Below, in pieces: positions 55,310 through 64,000 of a DNA stretch of 64,000 nucleotides. The notes under the pieces are model-generated. The model was not told where the DNA came from, made no database searches, and was given only the letters and a program-made list of their open reading frames with translations. A program made the position numbers and the translations under genes. How positions within the stretch are numbered: the first letter of the stretch is position 1; every line of letters starts with the position of its first letter. The stretch is from an uncultured Rhodobacterales bacterium (lineage in GTDB: Bacteria > Pseudomonadota > Alphaproteobacteria > Rhodobacterales > Rhodobacteraceae). The stretch covers positions 7,604 through 71,603 of the forward strand of contig CAYVRN010000003.1 in assembly GCA_964453855.1 (NCBI GenBank), written 5' to 3'.

Positions 55310-55945
55310 TTAGCATCCAGCGTTCGAAGTACCCCAAGGCAAAACAGTTCGGCAAAGCTTGGCCCCTGACAACTGCCCTGAGGTAATGTTTGAGCCGGAA
55401 AGGTCAGCATCCGTTAGATCGGTTGCGTTCAATTTGGTGTTCGTGAAATCGACACCGGTTAGAACTGTTCCGATCAATGCGGCGCTTTCCAAATCGGTTG
55501 CAACCAAAATTGCGTCGCTAAGGTCAGCACCGGATAAGTTTACGCCAATGGCATTTGCGCTGCTTAAATCGGCTTTGCGCAGGTTCGTATTGCTAAGGTT
55601 CGAACCGCTCAGATCAGCCATATAGAAGTTAGATATGAGCAGGTTTGCTTCGGTAAGATTAACGGCCTTAAGTGTGGCCGAGAAAAAGTTTGTTCCCTCC
55701 ATGCTGCCACGAGAGATATCGGCACCTGTTAGTGCGGCGTATGAAAGGTTTGAATAGTCAAGAACAACCCCCGATCGCTGTGCCGCAGATAGTTCAGCAT
55801 AGCTTAGGTCACAGCCTGTGCAGCTGTTTGTCGCCGTTAATACTGCCCAGGCATCTCCGTCAACTGCATTTGCTGTTGTGCCGATCAAAGTGGCGGTGGC
55901 TGCGATGGCAAATGAGTTTGCGATCCGAGCGGGGTTCAATTTCAT
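55310..55945 (-). CDS. Secreted pentapeptide-repeat protein
   Basis: 211 aa. Signal peptide ...IGTTANA|VD. About 30 consecutive A(D/N)LxX pentads (ADLSGSNLSNTNLRKADLSSANAIGVNLSGADLSDA...). Cys pairs at both ends. Confidence 0.8.
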   Translation of the reverse strand: MKLNPARIANSFAIAATATLIGTTANAVDGDAWAVLTATNSCTGCDLSYAELSAAQRSGVVLDYSNLSYAALTGADISRGSMEGTNFFSATLKAVNLTEANLLISNFYMADLSGSNLSNTNLRKADLSSANAIGVNLSGADLSDAILVATDLESAALIGTVLTGVDFTNTKLNATDLTDADLSGSNITSGQLSGAKLCRTVLPWGTSNAGC

Positions 55946-56194
55946 GGCAGCACCTATCGATCATAGAATCCAAGTTTTCCGAAGAAAATGTGAGCTACAA
56001 AAGTGGCGAGAAAATGTACGGATCCTGTCATTTCTAGGGAGCGTTAGAAGGGCATATGAGCGAACACTTAAAATTCAGGCTGCGATATTTCGGCTTGCAG
56101 ACACCTGCCTGTAGATCATCCCGTTATTGAGCGAGCGGCAGAATGAAACATTAAGTGTGATCTTCAAGTATCTGTAATGATGAATGTTTTAATT

Positions 56195-58240
56195 TCACTT
56201 GCGGCGTCTTCGACGGCGTCCCCCGGTTTCAGAATCACCGCCCGCTGTGTTAAAAGACACTGAGGGAAGGGAAACTACCTTGGCAAGCTCAGGAAAAGAC
56301 GCATTGGCGTGCGGGATCGCATTCGCAGCCACGAAATGCTCTTGGAACTTCGGTTCAATCGCAGTTTCGACTTTAGTGATGTTCCGCACTGTCTTTTCGA
56401 TTTCTTGGCGCGATGCCTTGTTACACAGGGCAATGCGGGCACCAGTACCCGCTGCGTTTCCGGCGCTCGACACTTTGTTCAGTGGCGCGTCTGGGATCAT
56501 ACCCAAAACCATAGCATGTTTGGTCGAAATGTGGGCCCCAAACGCGCCGGCCAGAACAACACGATCCACAGTTTCGACACCCATTTCGTCCATCAGCAAC
56601 CGCGCACCTGCAAAAAGGGCAGATTTGGCCAATTGGATTGCCCGAATATCCCCTTGGGTAACCGTAATTCGGGGGCCTCCATCGGCCGTTGCATCGTGGA
56701 TTAAATAGGCGTTGGTACGTCCTTCAGGAAAGCAGCGATCAGTGCCGGTCTGTTCAGCCGACCCGATGAGCCCTGAAGGATCAAGCAGACCTGCCAGACG
56801 CATTTCAGCGACAGCTTCGATAATACCCGATCCGCAGATGCCCGTAATGCCAGTCTGAGCGGTGGCCTCATCGAAGCCTGCGTCGTCGGACCACAGATCG
56901 CAGCCGATGACACGGAACCGCGGTTCTTTGGTGTCTGAGTTTATCTCGATACGCTCAATTGCACCAGGTGCTGCGCGTTGGCCCGAACTAATCTGAGCGC
57001 CTTCAAATGCTGGTCCAGTTGGGGACGAGCAAGCAACAACCCTTGTTTTGTTGCCCAATAATATTTCCGCGTTGGTTCCCACATCTACAATCAGAACCAA
57101 GTCCTCTGATTTGTTGGGCTCTTCCGACAGTGCCACGGCTGCGGCATCGGCACCGACGTGACCTGCGATACAGGGCAGTATATACACACGACCTGCTGCA
57201 TTCATTTTAGTCAGGTCCAAATCTCGGGCGTCGAGAGACATGGATTCAGACGTCGCCAGTGCGAATGGAGCCTGTCCCAGTTCGACGGGGTCTATACCCA
57301 ACAGCAAGTGATGCATGACAGGATTGCAGACGAATACTGCCTCAAGAATCAGCTTTGGGTCGATTTCAGCTTCGGCTGCGATTGTCTCGACCAGCGTGTT
57401 CAGTGCTTCCCGTACGGCGCGGGTCATTTCCTGATCCCCACCGGGGTTCATCATCGAATAGCTGACCCGGCTCATCAAATCTTCGCCATAGCGGATTTGC
57501 GGGTTCATGATTCCTGACGAGGCTTTTACGCTGCCGTCTTGAAGATCACAAAGGTGCGCAGCGATAGTGGTGGAGCCAAGATCAATTGCAAGCCCGTAGA
57601 CACCGCCTTCATGCAGACCTGGCCATACGTCAATTATGCGAGAATGGGCGTCTTGATGCCCACGGTGCACTGCCACAGTAACTTGCCAATTACCTTTGCG
57701 TAGAACGGTTTGTAGTTTGCGTAGGATCGGGGGATCGGCACGTAGGCCTGTAATTTCCCACTGATCTTTCAATGCACGTTCCAGCCGCTCAAGATCGCCC
57801 GTGGGTGAATGCATGTCAGGCTCTTCAACCTCCACGAAATACAAATGTGTCGCAGGATCCATGATGATGTGACGAGCTGTTGCCGCTTTGCGCACGACTT
57901 GCTTGTGCACCTGACTTTCTGGCGGCACGTCAATCACCACATCGCCTTGAACAGCCGCCTGACAGCCCAAGCGACGACCATCAATCAGTCCACGTTTGTC
58001 TTTGTAGCGTTGTTCGACCTTATTCCACTCAGACAGTGCGTCTTGTGCGACCGTTACGCCGTGCTTGGGGAACTCGCCGTAGCTGGGCGTGATCTGGCAT
58101 TTTGAACATATACCCCGACCTCCGCAGACGGAATCCAAATCCACACCTAACTGTCGCGCAGCTGTCAGGATAGGCGTGCCAACAGGAAAACGACCGCGTT
58201 TGCCTGAAGGTGTAAAAACGACAAGAGGGTCTGTGCTCAT
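56195..58240 (-). CDS. [2Fe-2S] ferredoxin / ASKHA-domain protein, RamA- or RACo-like corrinoid reductive activase candidate, with poly-Arg C-terminal tail
   Basis: N-terminal plant-type ferredoxin (CGGRGICSKCQ). Central and C-terminal ASKHA (acetate/sugar kinase-like) region (AIDLGSTTIA, VDVGTNAEI). Tail GGDSETGGRRRRRRK. The start is ATG 58240 or GTG 58252, and neither has a clear SD. Confidence 0.7.
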   Translation of the reverse strand: MSTDPLVVFTPSGKRGRFPVGTPILTAARQLGVDLDSVCGGRGICSKCQITPSYGEFPKHGVTVAQDALSEWNKVEQRYKDKRGLIDGRRLGCQAAVQGDVVIDVPPESQVHKQVVRKAATARHIIMDPATHLYFVEVEEPDMHSPTGDLERLERALKDQWEITGLRADPPILRKLQTVLRKGNWQVTVAVHRGHQDAHSRIIDVWPGLHEGGVYGLAIDLGSTTIAAHLCDLQDGSVKASSGIMNPQIRYGEDLMSRVSYSMMNPGGDQEMTRAVREALNTLVETIAAEAEIDPKLILEAVFVCNPVMHHLLLGIDPVELGQAPFALATSESMSLDARDLDLTKMNAAGRVYILPCIAGHVGADAAAVALSEEPNKSEDLVLIVDVGTNAEILLGNKTRVVACSSPTGPAFEGAQISSGQRAAPGAIERIEINSDTKEPRFRVIGCDLWSDDAGFDEATAQTGITGICGSGIIEAVAEMRLAGLLDPSGLIGSAEQTGTDRCFPEGRTNAYLIHDATADGGPRITVTQGDIRAIQLAKSALFAGARLLMDEMGVETVDRVVLAGAFGAHISTKHAMVLGMIPDAPLNKVSSAGNAAGTGARIALCNKASRQEIEKTVRNITKVETAIEPKFQEHFVAANAIPHANASFPELAKVVSLPSVSFNTAGGDSETGGRRRRRRK

Positions 58241-58365
58241 GAAAGGACTCACGTTTGGGTCGTGTTTCAGCGGATCATAGGAGTAATCCGAACTATAGAA
58301 AGGCCGTGAACGGCATAAATTTGCATTTTGGCGGCATCTTTAGAAAATGCCATTCGCAACAAAGG

Positions 58366-59514
58366 TTAATCTTCGGAGAGCCATGCAAGAATTTCCTGAC
58401 GATTGCCATCCAATCTTGGCGCTGCTGGCCGAATAGTTGAATCGGGCATGTCAGAAATTTTAATGGGATTTCCCGCGCCTTTGTAAGTAGGAAAGCCGTC
58501 CGTGTTAAGGATTTCGACGATCATGTTTCGCGCAAGAATTTGTGGATCTGCCATGACCTGATCTACTGACTGGATCGGACCGGTAGGAATGCCCGCATTT
58601 TCCAGTTTGTCGATCCAATGGGCTTTGGGGAATTCAATAGTGACTGCCTCGATCAACCTTTTCAAAAGCCGCGCGTTTTCGCATCGGTCTGGGTTGGTTT
58701 TAAAGCGTGGATCATCAGCCAGGGGCAGTTGCAGCACATGGCAAAGTTTGACGAATAGCGCGTCGTTGCCAGCCGCGATTACAAACAAGCCATCGCTCGC
58801 GTGGAATGTCTCAAACGGTGTAATTGACGGATGCCTTGCACCTGAAGGCCCCGGAGGCGTCCCATTCACATGAGTCAGAGCAATCGCGTGTTCTAAGATG
58901 GCCAACTGACTGTCGAGCATTGCTACATCAACTTTGCGACCTTGGCCTGTCGACTTTCGCTCAAAAAGTGCTGCCATTACGCCATGCGCCAAAAACATAC
59001 CGGCAACGATATCGCCGATGCTGGCACCTACGCGCACAGGTTCGCGGTCTTTTTCGCCTGTAATGGACATCACGCCACCGCGCGCTTGGACAACCATATC
59101 ATAGGCTGGTCGAAGCATATCAGGACCGCTGTGACCAAAGCCCGAAACAGCTCCGTAAATGAGGCTTGGATGGTTGGATTTTAGAGTATCCCACCCGTAA
59201 CCGAGCTTTTCCATCACGCCGGGGCGATAGTTCTCAAGCAGGACGTCTGCTTTTTTTAGCAGTCTGTCAAAAATGGCCCGATCTTCGGGCAATTTCAGAT
59301 TCAAAGCTATGGATTTCTTGCCATGATTGATCGTCGCGAAATAAGCGCTTTCATTGTCGATGAAAGGCGGAAAAGCCCTCGTATCATCGCCATTTCCCGG
59401 GCGCTCGACTTTAATAACGGTGGCACCAAGGTCGGATAGAAGCATCGAGCAGTAGGGGCCGGCTAAAACATGGGTGAGATCAAGAACGGTAATATCACTT
59501 AATGGCAAAGACAT
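58366..59514 (-). CDS. Family III CoA-transferase (CaiB/BaiF)
   Basis: 382 aa. ITVLDLTHVLAGPYCSMLLSDLGATVIKVE and the conserved Asp context GASIGDIVAG. Confidence 0.8.
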   Translation of the reverse strand: MSLPLSDITVLDLTHVLAGPYCSMLLSDLGATVIKVERPGNGDDTRAFPPFIDNESAYFATINHGKKSIALNLKLPEDRAIFDRLLKKADVLLENYRPGVMEKLGYGWDTLKSNHPSLIYGAVSGFGHSGPDMLRPAYDMVVQARGGVMSITGEKDREPVRVGASIGDIVAGMFLAHGVMAALFERKSTGQGRKVDVAMLDSQLAILEHAIALTHVNGTPPGPSGARHPSITPFETFHASDGLFVIAAGNDALFVKLCHVLQLPLADDPRFKTNPDRCENARLLKRLIEAVTIEFPKAHWIDKLENAGIPTGPIQSVDQVMADPQILARNMIVEILNTDGFPTYKGAGNPIKISDMPDSTIRPAAPRLDGNRQEILAWLSED

Positions 59515-59651
59515 CGGGGCACCTTGAAATTTAGTCTACTTATCGGTTGCGTTAGTTATCATCGCTTTGAGAAGGTGAATACAACCTGATATTGAGATTG
59601 CGTTTTGTCGCGGCAAATAGGGGTTTTCCCTTTGGATGATCCATGTAATAG

Positions 59652-61142
<1,491 letters not shown>

Positions 61143-61145
61143 ATT

Positions 61146-62312
61146 ATGACCCCGGCAGCACGAGTTCAGTCCGCGATTGAAATTTTGGACCAGGTGCTAG
61201 CCGGGGCGCCCACCGAGCAGGCTCTGATCCGTTGGGCGCGTCAAAACAGATTTGCGGGATCAAAAGATCGTGCTGCTGTCCGTGACCATGTATTCGAAGC
61301 AGTGCGTTGCAAGCGCAGTTTTGCTGTGCTCGGAGGGACGCTAACTGGCCGAGGGCTAATGATCGGTCAATTGCGTGAAAAAGGCGAAAACCTCGCTGAA
61401 ATTTTCAACGGCGCCAAATATGGCCCGGGTGAGATTTCCGCGGACGAGCGCGCAGAGTTCGGGATACTCGACCAATCCAAGGCTGCTGTTCGCGTTGATC
61501 TACCAGATTGGATTTGGATGAAGTTTGAAGAATCTCTGAGTGATCAGGCATTTGAAACAGCTCGGTCTCTTCGCCATCGTTCAAAAGTCTTTTTGCGCGT
61601 GAATTTGCGCAAAACCACTCGGCAACAGGCTATTGAGGCTTTGGCAAGCGAGGGGATTGAAGCAACCCCACACGCATTGTCCAAAACTGCGCTTGAGATA
61701 ACTGCAAACCCCAATCTTATCAATCAATCCTCGACCTTCAAGAACGGTCTGATTGAGCTTCAGGATGCGGCATCGCAAGCTGTTTGCGATTTCCTGTCAT
61801 TGCCAAGTTCCGGGCAAATACTTGATTATTGTTCTGGCGGAGGCGGTAAGGCATTGGCAATGTCCGCGGCAACCAATGCGCGAATATTTGCGCACGATGC
61901 CGATCCGCGCAGAATGAGAGACCTGCCAATCCGAGCGAAGCGAGCAGGGGTCTCAATTGAGGTTCAAGAGAAAATCGCAAAGGGTTCACAGTTTGATCTG
62001 GTCCTTTGTGATGTGCCGTGCTCGGGTAGCGGAAGCTGGAGTAGGGCGCCTGATGGTAAGTGGCTGTTAACGAAAGAAAAACTTGAGAGGTTTTTAAGTG
62101 TTCAAGCTAACATTTTGACTGATTGCGCGGCTCTTGTGGCGCCGGCCGGGGAGCTCGCGTATGCGACGTGTTCGGTGCTAGAAGACGAAAACCGGTTTCA
62201 GATCAATAGCTTTTTAGAAACGAATTTAGACTGGCGCTTGGTTGAGGATCGTCAGTTCCTGCCCCTAGATGGCGGGGATGGATTTTACATAGCAAGATTG
62301 ACTCGCGTATAG
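61146..62312 (+). CDS. RsmB/Sun-family RNA (cytosine-C5) methyltransferase
   Basis: 388 aa. SAM motif DYCSGGGGK. Catalytic Cys motifs DVPCSGSG and YATCS. Confidence 0.75.
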   Translation: MTPAARVQSAIEILDQVLAGAPTEQALIRWARQNRFAGSKDRAAVRDHVFEAVRCKRSFAVLGGTLTGRGLMIGQLREKGENLAEIFNGAKYGPGEISADERAEFGILDQSKAAVRVDLPDWIWMKFEESLSDQAFETARSLRHRSKVFLRVNLRKTTRQQAIEALASEGIEATPHALSKTALEITANPNLINQSSTFKNGLIELQDAASQAVCDFLSLPSSGQILDYCSGGGGKALAMSAATNARIFAHDADPRRMRDLPIRAKRAGVSIEVQEKIAKGSQFDLVLCDVPCSGSGSWSRAPDGKWLLTKEKLERFLSVQANILTDCAALVAPAGELAYATCSVLEDENRFQINSFLETNLDWRLVEDRQFLPLDGGDGFYIARLTRV

Positions 62313-62396
62313 GTTGTGTTATTGTGATCCGCGTTTAGGAATGTCTTAACTGTTTTTATCCAAAACAGTCAGGAGCCAAACTAAAAGCAGAGTACT

Positions 62397-64000
62397 ATGG
62401 AGCGATTTTCCGCCCCCGTTTTCAAAATTTCGGTGATATCGGCAGTGATAGGACTGGCGCTTTTAGTTGCTCACGTAGGTGGGAAGCGGGGGCTGTCTTT
62501 TGAATTGGGGCTGTTTGTGAGTGGAACCATCATTCTGTTGATAGTCGCGCATGAGATGTGGATGCGACGGTCCGATGAGACAGATCGTTACCGCCTTCAA
62601 AAGGCAGAGGCTTTAAACCCCGAGCCGGTCGTGGTTTCGGACTTAGATGGTGCCATAGTCTTTGCCAACAATGCTGCAAAAGACTTGTTTGAAGATCGCG
62701 TACCTTTAACGATCGAAAACGCGCTTGGTGCCTTTCTGATATCTGCTAAAACTAAAGTGCTTCTGTTGCCTCGGCGGCTTGCCGAAGAGCATTGGATTAA
62801 AGAATCTCACTCCAATCGCTTGTATGAAGTTGATATAGTCGCACGTTCCTTGAGGAACGGGTTCATCTACTGGCGCATTAGCGTTCGCCAAACTTCGTTG
62901 GATCAACTGACAGTTTCGACTGAAGGAGCGATAAAAGTTTCTATAGGTAGAAATGGGGCGATTTTGTCCGCACCATATGATTTTTACGATTTGTTTGGGG
63001 AACGTCCCATCCGGCTCTCTGCTGTTCTGTCACCTCCAGACATTACAAAAACAGGATTTTATACTCTAAAAACGGCGAGCGGCGAGTTGTCATGTTTTTT
63101 ACTTGTGGGCACAGCCCGTGCTGGAAGGCGCGATATTAATTTGTTTTTGGGACCTTTTGATCCCAAGCAGGGCGGAAATCTCCTGGGATCAGTTCCACTA
63201 GCTATGCTTCGCCTTTCATCTGCGGGGGTGGTACTTGAGGCGACTGACGCTGCTGAAGAAATGCTGGTTCGTTCAGACCTGATTGGAGAGACCGTAGATA
63301 AAATATTTAGCGATGTTGGGCAACCAATTGAGACTTGGTTTGCTCAAACTCTAGACAATCCAGAAGCAAAGCGATCAGAGTTCGCTCGGCTCGCGGCCTC
63401 TGCTGATGAGAAGTATGTCCAGTTGGCTATACAGCAGGTTGAAACCTCTGAGGGTACTCAGATACTGGTGTATCTGACCGATGCGACGGAACTAAAATCG
63501 CTCGAGGCCCAGTTTGTGCAAAGCCAAAAAATGCAAGCGATTGGACAACTGGCGGGCGGTGTAGCACATGATTTCAATAACTTGCTGACAGCGATATCAG
63601 GGCATTGTGATTTGCTTATCCTGCGTCATGGAGAGAGCGATCCCGACTACAGAGACTTGGATCAAATCCGACAAAATTCAAACCGCGCGGCAGCATTGGT
63701 TGGTCAGCTTCTGGCATTTTCGCGCAAACAAACATTGCAGGCTCAATCGTTGGATCTTGAACAAGTCCTTTCAGAGCATACACATCTTCTAAACCGACTT
63801 GTGGGTGAGAAAACACAATTGATCCTGACGCATGGATACAAGATGAAATCTGTCCGTGCCGATAAACGCCAACTAGAGCAAGTGATCATGAACCTGGTGG
63901 TAAATGCCCGTGACGCGATGGGCGGAGTTGGGGAAATCGCCATTACCACAGAAATGAAAATACTTACCGAGCCAGAAATTCGGGATCGGGCGAAGATTCC
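62397..64000 (+). CDS. cckA: CckA-like hybrid histidine kinase, 5' partial (continues past the window end)
   Basis: Not in the ORF track because there is no stop within the window. Manual translation from ATG 62397: two N-terminal TM segments, PAS-like repeats, then H-box QKMQAIGQLAGGVAHDFNNLLTAISGH and N-box QVIMNLVVNARDAM. The symbol is tentative. Confidence 0.7.
   Translation, partial: MERFSAPVFKISVISAVIGLALLVAHVGGKRGLSFELGLFVSGTIILLIVAHEMWMRRSDETDRYRLQKAEALNPEPVVVSDLDGAIVFANNAAKDLFEDRVPLTIENALGAFLISAKTKVLLLPRRLAEEHWIKESHSNRLYEVDIVARSLRNGFIYWRISVRQTSLDQLTVSTEGAIKVSIGRNGAILSAPYDFYDLFGERPIRLSAVLSPPDITKTGFYTLKTASGELSCFLLVGTARAGRRDINLFLGPFDPKQGGNLLGSVPLAMLRLSSAGVVLEATDAAEEMLVRSDLIGETVDKIFSDVGQPIETWFAQTLDNPEAKRSEFARLAASADEKYVQLAIQQVETSEGTQILVYLTDATELKSLEAQFVQSQKMQAIGQLAGGVAHDFNNLLTAISGHCDLLILRHGESDPDYRDLDQIRQNSNRAAALVGQLLAFSRKQTLQAQSLDLEQVLSEHTHLLNRLVGEKTQLILTHGYKMKSVRADKRQLEQVIMNLVVNARDAMGGVGEIAITTEMKILTEPEIRDRAKI

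Noticed and set aside
55946-56194. Small ORFs in the 249-nt gap: + strand MSEHLKFRLRYFGLQTPACRSSRY, minus strand MTGSVHFLATFVAHIFFGKLGFYDR
   Set aside because: There is no adequately spaced SD for either and no coupling to a neighbouring gene. This contrasts with the 54677-54757 ORF.

Overview
Gene-dense chromosomal window with about 60 protein-coding genes on both strands and many stop/start overlaps. Gene content and synteny suggest a Rhodobacteraceae-type alphaproteobacterium (inference only). I recognised no rRNA, tRNA, CRISPR array, transposase, integrase or phage gene.

Main blocks:
- rluE and a hybrid histidine kinase.
- A phenylacetate block (paaJ-paaABCDE) with a PAS-LuxR regulator and a divergent FadD-type CoA ligase.
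- glk, then a methyl-THF operon: PF13769-like small protein, MetF-like reductase, stand-alone pterin-binding methyltransferase.
- ppx-rlmE, two transporters, and iunH-selO.
- An orphan Fe(III) binding protein, mazG, an M20 hydrolase, an agmatinase-family gene, and prfA-prmC.
- DUF4167, then a long envelope string (rsmA-pdxA-surA-lptD-lptG-lptF, divergent from pepA-holC).
- An ABC-F ATPase, an MFS transporter, ndk, polA and acnB.
- An uncharacterised operon: creatininase-family, CodA-like amidohydrolase, FAD oxidase, TauD-like dioxygenase.
- RidA, a secreted pentapeptide-repeat protein, a RamA-like ferredoxin-ASKHA protein, a CoA transferase, guaB, rsmB, and a 5' partial CckA-like kinase running off the window.

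Most notable observations:
1. An unlisted 26-codon ORF with a near-perfect Shine-Dalgarno. Its stop overlaps the start of the creatininase/MftE-family gene at the head of the uncharacterised operon.
2. A TfoX C-terminal-domain gene interrupted by a single in-frame TGA at codon 7.
3. Gly/Arg-rich poly-arginine C-terminal tails on two proteins of the same presumed split methionine-synthase system, encoded about 44 kb apart.
4. A PaaR-type operator-like motif in front of the paa operon.

All functional calls come from reading the translated ORFs. No database search was run.
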